From assembly GCA_043718225.1 (NCBI GenBank), contig JAYSWD010000062.1, positions 1 through 52,071 on the forward strand: DNA of 52,071 nucleotides. Direction: 5' to 3'. Position numbers and translations under genes: made by a program. Positions 30,101 through 42,100 of the stretch are shown here, one piece after another (within the stretch, counting starts at the first letter, position 1; each line of letters starts with the position of its first letter). The notes beneath the pieces are model-generated. The model had not been told where the DNA came from and did not search any database. It saw only the letters and a list, made by a program, of their open reading frames with translations. The stretch comes from Candidatus Omnitrophota bacterium. Lineage in GTDB: Bacteria; Omnitrophota; Omnitrophia; Omnitrophales; Aquincolibacteriaceae.

Positions 30101-33100
30101 CAGGCAAACCTAAGGCGCGGCCTTTGATGATCGCGGCACCGGTTAAAAGCGTCGCGAGCGATCCGTGACGGGCCCTTTTATTTTTGCTTTGCGACATGAC
30201 GGCGGGTTGCAAACTTGTAAAGCCAGCGTATTCTTTCAAGTCAAATCCATACAGCGCCTCACCCGGCTGCGTTAGTTGCAAAACTTCTTTTAAATTTACA
30301 CCGCTCAACAATGGCAGAAATTTGAGAATTTGCTCTTCGCTCACCCCCCGAATTTCGGAGCGGGCTTTGGAGCGGGCAAGGCGCAATTTTTTTCCCTCAT
30401 CACGGACACCCGGCATCTTCCCTTCAATTTCTTCCGGCCCATGAATGCTAACGAAATGAACTTTTGTATCCAAAGTCAACTTCGCAGATCGATTTTTTGA
30501 AAACAACGCGACTGTACTGTCCCGGTTTTGACGCCGCCATTTTATAAACGCTTTCCAAGTATCAAATTTCAAAAAAGGAATGGTGGGAAACTGCCGGCCC
30601 AGCGCGGGGGTTAACAAACTTCTTTTTTTTTCGTCAGGTCCGATCACCGCCATGTATTGAAAACCCGGAGCGGCTTCGGGGCCTTCAATAAAAAGGGCTT
30701 TCCTATCATCCGGTTTTAACATTTCGCGGAAATCAAGCCAGCGAATATCGCCTGTTTTTTCGAAATCTTGTAAGACATAGGTGAGGTTTTCGTCATATTT
30801 CCCTTTTTTGAAAGCCGCTTGAGAAATGGCCTCTAAAATACTTTTCTTAAAAAAGCCCACGCCAGAATGGACATGCGCCGCAACCGGAGATTTTTTATTT
30901 TGACTATCAACAATTTTTCCGACTGCGCTTCCTGGTTCGCTTTCATGATCCGGTTGAACCGCCTCGTCCAGCTCCAAATGCATGTAAATGGTCATCGGAA
31001 CATAGACTTCCCCGTCAATTTCAACCTCCCCCTGGTGAAAATAAACGACCGACTGAGCCATGTTATCCCTAAAAATCCAATGCACTTTACCTTTGCCAAA
31101 GAGGGCCGGTACTGTGGTATCAATTGGAACGGGCCGGCGATTGCCCTGCCTGTCTTGCAAATAGACGACATCTGTCGAAGTATGCCAATGTCCGTTGTAA
31201 GATTTTCTGCGCGTTTTTAAGTCACCCCAAAATGTTTTTTCATCTCCATATCCCGTTCCGGGGCCAATCACGATTTGTTCATCGCGGCCCAAGCTGGCCA
31301 GCATTTGACGTAAGCCTGCCGCCAGTGTCTCCGCATCAAAAGCGCTGTTGTTTAACTGCGGCAAAACTTTCGCATGTTCTTCCGCTGTGAGTAAATATTT
31401 AGTCGTTTCCAATTGGGGGTCGGCGGGCTCATGCCAGCCTCCGTCATGCCATTCAAATCCATGGCGCGCCGCGGCGCGATACAAACCGGTATTTTCTTTT
31501 GCTAAAATTGCCGGGTCATTTTTAAATTTGTACTTTTTGCGGTTCTCAAGTGCATAAGAGACATCTTTAATTGATTCAAAAAAGTCCGGGTTTAAAACGC
31601 TGTTAGCCGCAAGAAAGTCGCCTATTTCTTTCGCTTCCAATCGGCGGTATAAGCCGCTTGATATCACGGCCCGGCGTTTCTTATTAATGCTTTTGGTTAA
31701 ATCGTTAAGCGAGCCTGATTTCTTCGTTTTCTTTTTAAAATCTAATAGGGCTCTGCGAATCGAGTTTCCGAAATAGGGGTGGTTCAAAAGAGACTGCTTT
31801 GCTTGCGACTCCTCGGAAGCGGGTCGCTGAAAAAGATCATCAATAGCGGCTATCGCTTTAGGCGGATTGCGTTTCGCCAATGCTTTTGTAAGCCGGGAAC
31901 CATATCCGACTTCAATGGCAAGACCGCTTGATTGACGCACAACATCCAACGCCCGCTCCGATGCGAGTGTTTCGTAAAAGCCATTGCCAAGTTCACGGCG
32001 AATTTTGTCCGCGTCATCTAAAACTTCCGTTGAGTTAATCGAAAACGGAATCAGCGGAATTTTAGGATTTTCTATTTTAAGTCCGTGCGTCGCCTCAAGA
32101 ATCGCGGCATGAATTTTTTCATTATAAGAATGATGCGGATTTTGATAGGCTGACGGATCAAGCTGAATGGCGCTTAATCGTACGCCGGCAGGAATACCTT
32201 CGGCTCTGAGTTCTTTCCCCAGCCCCTTAATCATTGCGCTAAAAGAATCTTCTTTCCCCTGCGCAACACGCACCACAATTTGAAAATACTCGTCGCCTTC
32301 GTCCACAGTTATTTGCGGCTCATCGCCTGAATAAGCCTTGAGTTTTTCGATTATTTTTTTACGAATTGACGGTTCGCCCAAACCACTGCCAATGACGCGC
32401 ACATACCGCAATTGTTTTCCATATCTCCTTTGAGATAAATAAAACAACCTTGATATACGCAAAACATACTGCGCCATATCTTCAAAGGAAACCGCATCCG
32501 AAGCGGCCAAAGCGGCAAATTGCCCCATGCTTTTTCCGTAAAAATGCGCCGTCTTAAATCGTTTGCCCAGTTTATTCTTCAAAACCAAATAAAGCGCGTA
32601 TTCATACACGAAACCCGAATAAGTCAATTGAACCGTATTCGGGTGAGCCGGATCAAATCCTTCCAAATAAAGATAGCTCATATTTTTTGCGCCTGAAATT
32701 TTTCCTAAAATTTTAAGAGCCTGTTCGTAAATGGGCTTCGCGATAGGATGCTGCGCGAGTATTTTGGATTTTTCTTGAAAAGCATCCGGTTTTGTCAAAT
32801 TTTCATAGGTATCAGAAAACATAACCGTTGTAGGTTTATTGAGCTGTCTCTGAAGCTCGGCAATATTACTCACCCGCATTTCGGAGCGGATGTCGGGGCG
32901 GATAACTTGACCACCTTGAGGGCGGGTGCTAAACTTGCCTGCATGGACACTTTGATTCAAACTCATATCACGAGCGACCCCGAAATCTGCCATGGCAAGC
33001 CCTGTTTCCGTGGAACCCGCATTTTGGTTTCGGAGACGTTGGAAATTCTCGAGGCCGGAGAAACTCCCGAGGCTATTTTGAAAAGCTTCCCCTCTTTGTC

Positions 33101-36100
33101 GATGGATTCGATTAGGGCTGCGCTTCATTTCGCGGCGCAGTTGACGAATCGCGGAGACTCTTTGAGCCTTGCCTCCTAAATTTCGTTTTCTCGCCGACGA
33201 AAATATCCGAATTGAAGTCATCCGCGCGCTTTCCATAACCCACGATGTCATCACTGTTCCCAAAGGAATTAAAAATGGTGCCGTTGTCCAGCTTGCTAAA
33301 TTAGAAGGCCGCATTCTCATCACTCGCGACCGTGATTTCTCGGAAGGCAACCGATATAATTTCTTTAATACACCCGGCTTCGTATGGCTCAAAGTCCATC
33401 CACCCACTGTCAGCGCTTTGCTCCAAGCAATGGACCTACTCATTGGCCAACTCACCCCTGAAAAGGTCGCGAACAAATTGGTTACATTGGAAGTTGATAA
33501 ATTCGTAATTATTCCCGACTCAGACTGAACATGATCAGCTGAAGACTGCTGACTCTGTTCGCTGTCGTTAGTCATTAGTCGTTGGGCATTAGTCTGTATC
33601 TGTCTCCGCATTTCGGAGCGTCGCGAAGACAATCGGGTAAGTTGCATTTGATGCGGCGAAAGCCTGCCCCAAAGCGACGCAGTCACTACGGTAAATAACT
33701 CTGTAACCCCTGTAGCAAATGCGGAAATGTTTCCAGCAAATCCAAAATACGTTGCCGTGACATACAAGCCACTCCACAATGACGTGCCCCAGAAGCCAAA
33801 ATCATTAAATGTTAATTTATAAATAGACACGCACACAACCGCCCCAAAAAATCCTGTTAAAATAAAATCCCGGGCGATTTTTTTGAGAGAAACTTCGCTT
33901 TTGTTATAGCGATCATGAAATAAAGCCGGCGCATAGGCAAAATTTAGAAAATCACGGGTTTCACTTTCTAATTTCGCGACACTTTTTTTCGACAACTTTC
34001 TGCTCAAAACTCCCGCCGAACCGGCAAAATAAACAAAGCTGACGCCCTGTTTATGATGAATATAGACGCCATAGGGCTCGCCCGGAATAGCAGCATAGGT
34101 CGAAGCATGCATACCAATGACATTATAAAAACGGTGGTTTTGGACGATCACATCTGTGTTTTTAGATTCAAATTTCAAGTGCAGTCGGCCAAAACGATTT
34201 AGCCATGCGACCTTTTTAGATAATTTTTCAGGCGTGCTGAGCTGTATGATCGGCCTGGCGGCATTGATGAGGGTGTTTAACCTCCATTCAAAATTATCAC
34301 CAAACTTTTCATTGATCCGAACCGCTACCGCCAAAAGAGCGACATATCCTAAAATATTGCCCATCAGTGAAAATAAATTGGAATACGCGAACCAAGCCAT
34401 CGCATAAAAGACACCTACAAAAACAACATTTTTAAAAAATAATCGAATACCTTTCGCATAATTCAGCCGCATTTCGGAGCGGGCATAGATGTTTTGGACG
34501 CGCGTAAAAAGTTTGGCGACAAATCCACGCTGCGCGACGTTACCCTCGACAACATCGGTCTCTCCGCTTAGCACCCAGTTCGTCTCTCGTCTCGAGTCTC
34601 CGGTCTCAGATTCTTCTTTTACCCGCGTTTCGGAGCGTGACGGGTTAAGAATATGAGAAATTTTTCGGCCTAGCTCCGCATCCTGGCCTTCAAGCTGGCC
34701 GATCACAAACCAATTGGATAAAAAAGCTTGATCAGGGGGCAGGTCACTGTGGGCGGTAATCCCGGCCCCCAAATAAATTGCGGGCGTTAACAGGGGCGCC
34801 ATTAACATATTTCCTAATACATCACTTGGTTCATCAGCATACATGGATGTTAGCAAACCATTCTCTAAAAAATTAATTTTTGATAATGCCGCATGCACCG
34901 ACGCGTCACTATAAATTATTTCGGGCTCAGGCTGCCAATCTTCTCTGCCCGCCAATTGCTCACCGGTAAATCCATCCCAAATCTTTGGCTGATCTTCAAT
35001 ATGCATTCCATCAGGCCCTTCAACAATCGGAGACGCAAAAAGCGGATTTTGAGATTGTTTGCTTTTAACGAGTATATAAATAAATTTGCCGGGGTTTTGG
35101 CGCGACCTGGCAAGCAAAATACCCAACGGTCCATAGCCATCAAAGGGGCGAATGGCATCTCGGATTTCCTTTTTTTGCTTTTCAGTCAAAGGTGGCTTCG
35201 AAAGAGGTTCATACCATTTTTGAGAAGGCACTTTGCGTAAAGCGGATAGACTTAAAATCATTAAAAATAAACTCAGCCCCGTAATTAAAAATGTTGCATA
35301 CGAATAAGTCCCACGCAAGTAAGCAATGCCAGTGAGTAAAAGCATTGCTAAAGAAATTATGAGTGAGCCAAAGGGAGAATAGATCCCTTGCTTCCGGAAT
35401 TCTGATCGCGTCTCAGACGCAGGAAGAATGAGAGCCGCGGGTTCTGCCTGCTGCAATAAATCAAATTGCTGCAGGGCATTCATTAACCCTTGGAATAAGC
35501 TTGCTTCTTTTTTTTCTTCGGCGCTTAACGCTTCTATTTGCTGCCGCAAAGCACGGATTTTTTCTTCAACCTGGCGCTGAGCTTCTAAATCAGCTTTATA
35601 ATCTTCATAATCGACGCGGCCATGCAAATTTTCGATCATTTGATTTTGATAATAATCCCACCACCATTGCTGTTCGGAAATCGAAGCTTTGTCGAGCGAC
35701 TGCTTTGCCTCAACCTCGTTTTTTTGTTCAGCAATATGTTCACGTGTTGCAACCTCCAGCGCTCTCTGGTTATTGTTATTTGAGCTAAGACCAATTGCCT
35801 CAAGATTCGCATGACGGCGTATGTGATCTAACTGTTTTACGGTTTCATCAGACAAGGACCCTACCCAACTCTCGATTCGTGCTAACCTTGGAAGAGCTGC
35901 TTGTAATAAGTGATCAAACGAACTGATTTGAAAGACTCCGCGATCAGCAAATGGGGTAGCAAAAAGGGTGGGCAGGCCTTCGGTTGTTTTTCCGAAAAAC
36001 AAATCTTTAAAATAAACTGGCCAAGCGCGCAGCGGCATTTGACTGCGAAGCCATGCTGCCGCGCTGTGGATTGCCGTACCGTTCTTTCTCAACCAAGCTT

Positions 36101-39100
36101 CATGCAAATATTCTTCATTGGGCCCCAAATCATTTGCCAGAAAACTAACTAGCGCATTGCGTTCATATTGAAGGGGGGCAGCTGCCGCGCTTAACCTTGG
36201 GCGGGTTTTTGAAACCGCATCCCACAACACGTGTGACAATATTTTCAGGGTCTCTTTATCCAATTCTTTTACCGCAAGATTGTGAAATGCCTCTAATGCG
36301 GGATTGGCTGCAACCGCGACAAGCGCGCCAAATAAATTTTGAAGAAAAAGCCGCCGTGTTTGCGAACGCTCCAAGTAGCCCGCTGTGTGTAAAAGCAAAT
36401 CTTCCGCAAGCACCGGAATACTTTCGATGAAGTGCTGCGCCGGCATAATTCGCAGCGCAGGCTCGTGGCCATTCTCAGCTTTTATTTTTTCAAAAACAGG
36501 CTGCCAATATCCAAGCGCAAAGGCCTGTTTCGAAAGAAACTCTGAAAATTCTTCCGCGAGAGTGTCATTTACTTCAAGCCGGGGCCTTTTGAAACGGAGC
36601 CATTTCACTAAAAACTTATTTTCTTCGCTTTGAATTTTTTCACGAATAAACTTTTCAGCGAGCCTAAGCAATGCCTGTTTATTCCCGGCATCATCGCCCC
36701 CAACAATCAGCTCATCGCGCATTTCGGAGCGGGCGGGTTTAAGGTTCCACCGGGCTATCGATTTTTTAATTTCTCCGGAATTTTTCAGAATGCCGGCTAT
36801 CTGAGAAACAGTTTTCGCTTTCCGAGCAAACATACCTTCCAAAGTTTTTGTGGTCACAACCAGCAGTTTTAATCGTGACTGAACTTGGCGGTAATTCGGG
36901 TCGGAAACAACAAATTTAAAATAAGTTGCTTCTATTTCTTCGAGTTTTTCGCGGGCGGAAGCAACATTTTCCGCGTTTGGCCGGGCACTTTGAATGCTTT
37001 TCTCCAACTGAATCACAGCTGACTTCAGTGCTTGTTTTCGCAGTTTATGATAAAGAAAAGGTATTTTTCTTTCGCCGAGCTCTTTTTTGCGAATGACATC
37101 GTCTAGACGGGTTTGAACCCAGGTATCAGCTTGTTCGAGGTGAAAAGCGGCATCGCCCCACCTTTGGGCTTTGATGTCGCTTAACGCCATTGACACCGAA
37201 TCCTTCGGGCGCGGCAATGCGCGGCCCTCTTTTTGTACAATCGCAATTTTGCGGTTCAGCCCTCCCTTGCCTTCGGCTATCAGCGCGAGGCGCTTTTCCC
37301 AATCTTCGGCTGAACCTGCTTTGTCGATTTCAGGATCACGCAGCTCCTCAATGATTTGTGCTAATTCAAGATGCCTTTCAAGCAATTCCGCGTGATCTTT
37401 TTCCTGGCTTTTAATCACCTTCGTACGTCCGCGATAAGCCGTTTCTAAATCTTGAAAGTGAAACGGCGTGACGGCGGGGACCAAAATTCTTGGCCCGTTA
37501 GCCTGTGAAACATATTTCCAAACTACCTGATGGACCACGATTTTTCCGTCGGGCGCCGTCCAAATTCGAAAAACAGGATGGCCTTCATAATTCAAAGTAT
37601 GAATGCGCGTTCCCTGCTCGGAAACAACGCTCACTTTAGGTGCGGCAGTTTTCGCTTGTACTTGATACGCGTCGTGAACCTTGCCAATTTGGCGATACGT
37701 GGAAGAAATAGCCAGGCTTAAGGTGCCGAGGGTTGATTGATTGTGGTATGCATCGGATAAATAAAAACCAAGCAAACGGATTTGGGCTTTCAGACGCTGC
37801 TTGTATGAAAACAACAGGTCTTTTAAGAAAACATCGGGCGGGCCGGCGGTTAAATATTTTTGGCGCCATATTTTTTCTTTGGCATAAACTTCTTTCTTTA
37901 CGCGATTTAAAAATTCACGCGCCGCAATTTCATCCATCGCAGTAATGGTTTTAAAAACCGCATTTTCCGTGTCATCTCCAGAACGGATTTCTCTAAAATA
38001 GGGTGTTAACCCCTCGGCATAGGCTTCGATTTTATTTTCAACTTCATCCGTATTTCCGGATTGATCCAAAGCCGCGCGATAAGCATCCTGTAAATGTCGC
38101 AGCTCAACATGCATCCGGTAAAATTCCTGTGAACGGAATGCCGCCGCGTCCGCCGGATCAATCCGCATTTCGGAGCGGCGAGGAGACAAATCAATTTCCG
38201 GCAGATAAAAATAGATCCCTCGGAAATTATAAACTGGGCCTGTTTTAGATACGGTTGGCATCCGCCCCTCTCTCTTCCAGATCGCAACCACTTGATCGAG
38301 CCAAGTGCTGCGCTTTTCTTTGCTTAATCCCAGCGTATTTTTCCATAATTCTGACCCCCGAAAGCCACGGCGCTGCAGCCAATATTGCATCCCGCGAAAC
38401 ATCTCCAGGGAAGTTAGGCTTGGCGAAGGCACACCGGCGATGATTTTTTCGAAATTAATAAACGGGTCCGCTCCGGAACGTGCGAGCGCAAATTCAGCGA
38501 TTTTTTCAGCCCCTAATCCTTTTCCTTTAATTTTTATCGGTTCTCCAAGTCCGCCATCAGGCAATTTATGATAAAAAACGACATGGAACTTGCTAGGGCT
38601 GTTAATCGACACTCCTTTGTCATCACGCTTGAAGCGCATCGTTACATCGGCGGGCAGCCAATCATGCCATTCTTCTTCTAACGCGTGAATTTGTTCGTCT
38701 TCCGTTTTTCCGAACACTTCCAATGAAATTAAATTTTTTGACCAAATTGCTCCGGTGCCTACCGGGGTGAAACCGGTTGGGATAAGAACATGTGCCGGAT
38801 TGCGTTGATTTTTGATTTGGATTTCATGAAAACCCATGCGCCGCGCAGCAGGAAATAAATGATATTGCAGCCAATATCGTAAAACACTTGAGTAGTAATT
38901 CCCGAACTCGTTCGTTGCTTGTTTGAATTTGGGCAAATCCCCTTCTGTTTCGATAGTAAGAACATCATTTTTTGCGCGCAGAATAATTTCAAACGAATTC
39001 ACGGTCGTGGCTTGCGGAAGAATTTTAAAAAACTCAAGCGCAAGGTCAGCATGCTCCGTGCCAACCGCTTGAGTAAGTTCAATCACTTGCGCGCGCGGGC

Positions 39101-42100
39101 GTAGACCCGCGGCCTCGCCGGCTACTGCTATTTCTTCTCCAATGCCATATTCATCTCTTAATGGCTTGGGAAATATTTGTAAATAAATTTCTCGGACTTC
39201 AGGCGAAATTTCAGCGCCATTTTGATATTTTGTAAAAAAAGCTTTCCGGCGCAATGCAGCTTCCGGCGATTCATTCGTCCGCATTTCGGAGCGCTGGGTA
39301 GTAAATAAATGCTCAGGTTGCAGCAAAAAAACCCGGCGCTGCCGCTGCCAGCGGCTGAGTGTTTCTAAATCAAGCGCTTTTCCCAGATCGCGCGGATTAG
39401 GAATCCAAAAAAATTGAATTTTCGCGGGTTTGCCCGATAAAACATTTCCAATTGTTGCTCCGGCATTGAAATATTTTCCAATGTGAACGTCTTCCGAAAG
39501 CTTTAACCCGCGATATACCGTTACAAGGTGATGCCCTTCAATCAAAACCGCTTTCTCATCTGAATCATTCCAAACAGAGAGAATTTTCCCCTCAATCAAA
39601 GCAGGCAGAGCCGCGCCGGAAGCAGCCGTCACCCCCAACTCTCCGCCTTTCGTTGCCCAAGTCATCCCATTGCTTTGCCGTGACTTTTCAATCACGCGGT
39701 TGGCCAGGCGAGAAAAACGCTGATGGACCTGGTCTTCTATTCCGACCACTAACTCTTTCTCATCATTTAAACTCCACCGCCACAAATTCCATTCCCCACC
39801 CAGACCCATCTTTGCGATTTTATAATCCAAGACATCTTGGTTGTTTCTTTCGTTAACTTCAGTCCAGGTGTGGAATACGGAACGATATGAAATCAATTTT
39901 CGCGGAAGCCATCCCTTAAAAGGCCTTAAATAAAAGCGTAAGTCTTGATCATAAACAATCCCCGGATTTTGTATTTTGGATAAATCATCCGGAGTAACAT
40001 AAACGGCATCGATGTCCGCAGTGTCTGTAGAAGCAGAAAAAACTTCCATTAAAATCTCATGGACCCATTCGTCAAGATGCCGTTCGAGAACTTTTTTGCG
40101 CGCCTCGTCATAACCTAAAAACGAAAGATTACCTTCTTTAAAAATATGTCGAAAAGCAACGCCGGGATGAATTTCCCGAATCAAAAACGCTCTTTTTTCT
40201 TCTAAGTTTTCACCTCCCGTTAAAACGGGCATTAACGCGACCCTACCAATCTCACCGTTATAAAACGAGACATTATCAAGTTGGAGCTGCGCATCAATTC
40301 GGCTAAACTCTTTTTGCAAGCCTTCATCTGCGGGAACCAAATAAATAAAAATCCCGTCCTGAAGAGAATTTGAAACTCTCATTTTGATACCTGTGTGCTT
40401 TTCAAAATTTGCAGAACGCGATTTTAGATTTTCTTCAAAAGCTTTCACCCAGTCCGGAATTTCATTAGTATTGCTGCGCATTTCGGAGCGGTCAGAATTA
40501 AATTCACTATCGTGGTAAGCAGCCGCATTCCACGCGTCACCTTTGATTCTTCCTCCGTCCAGGAGGCTAATAAATTCCAAATCCCCCCATTTTCTTGTGT
40601 GCAAAAGTATTTTTGCTCTGCCTCTGTCTCCCTGCTTTAGAATAAGCGCGTTTTCGAGGTATGGATAAAGCGCGGGTGCGTGAATTTTTAAATATCGCTT
40701 TATTATCTTAAAAAAATACTCCGGCCAATTTTTTATGCTTTTTGTATCTCTATTTCGCTGTTTTTTAAATTCTTTATAGGCTTTTGCCGACTGCGTTCTG
40801 ATTGCCAGTTTAAAAATAGTTTCCCACTCCGTCTGATTAACACCCGGCATTTTTTCTTCGTATTCTTCTAACTTTTGATCATACATTTCTTTTAATGCGG
40901 ACATGTATTCATCGAAAGTTTGCGGCTCAAAAGCTGCGTACGCCGCATAAAAATCAGCGATATAGGGGCCGTACAAAGTCGGGTCACCGAGAGACATTCG
41001 ATCCAATAATCCTTTTAGCGACCAGGGCCTCATATCGCGCAGCTGACGCAAATGATCGCTGGAAGCGTTGGACCAGTCGCGCGCGGCATGCGCAAGCATC
41101 TGTTCTGCTTGATGGACCCTTTCCTTTTGCAGGAAAGGCGCCTCGGGTTCAAACCAGGCAATGCCTCCGCCGGTATCGAACTCATGCCTCTCAGGGTTTA
41201 GTTTTTCTTTGGTTTCATATGCCGCGCGCCATTTCTGAACACGCTCAAGCAATCTGCTTGCTGAATGTTTTAATGCTGTAACAGCGCGCGGTTTCCAAAC
41301 CGGGGGGGCTTGATCCGCAATAAAATGAATTTGATCGCCACGCATTTCGGAGCGTGCGGAAGTATACCTGCGAACTATAACAGTGCTGATCGTGGTAACC
41401 GCGATGATGGAAAATGCGCTTATAATGGCCGTATTCGTACCGCCTAAAAGAGCAAAGCCTGAAACAGCAAGAATGTTGACTTTAAAATAACCAGGCAGGC
41501 TTATTCGTGGATTTTGGGAGTTCGCCATTAAATTCCTGAAAAGCTGCAAGAAAAACCCAACGATAAAAACAACTGGAATCCGCAAATCCGGCACGACATT
41601 TTGCGCAAAATCATGCATCGCCACAACGATCGGCAGCCGGCCCAACACGCCCTTCCCGTCTTTCTTCCATTGTTTAAGTGAGCTGTAATTCGAAATATTC
41701 TCATGCGCTTCGCCTGCCCGCTCCATGGCGCGAATCCCTTTCCGATTCCAATAGCCGTTGAAATAAACTCCCGCCAAGCTGCTGAAAAAAACTCCTATGC
41801 TCGCCGACAAAATAAAACGCGCCGCGTGATTTTTAAACAAGTCGATCAAATAATAATTTGAGATAAAGGTAATTAACCCAAGCGCAAACCGCATCAACAT
41901 AAAATAAAAGAATCGTTCTTTGACATGATGCTTATAAGCGGGATAATCACTGATAATTTGCGTGTAATAGTCCGTCAAAGCGCCGGTGGCCGCGGCAATA
42001 ACTAACGATACACATAACTCTCCGACAGCCACCCCGCCCCAATGAAAACTTTTAACAAAGAGATAAAAATCCGACAAAAACGGGAAGTGCCAATACCGCG

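Noticed and set aside
32748-32942. N-terminal 65 codons of the track ORF preceding the DUF433 domain.
   Set aside because: The sequence is not protein-like and crosses the junction motif at 32875. The DUF433 domain starts right after the ATG at 32943.
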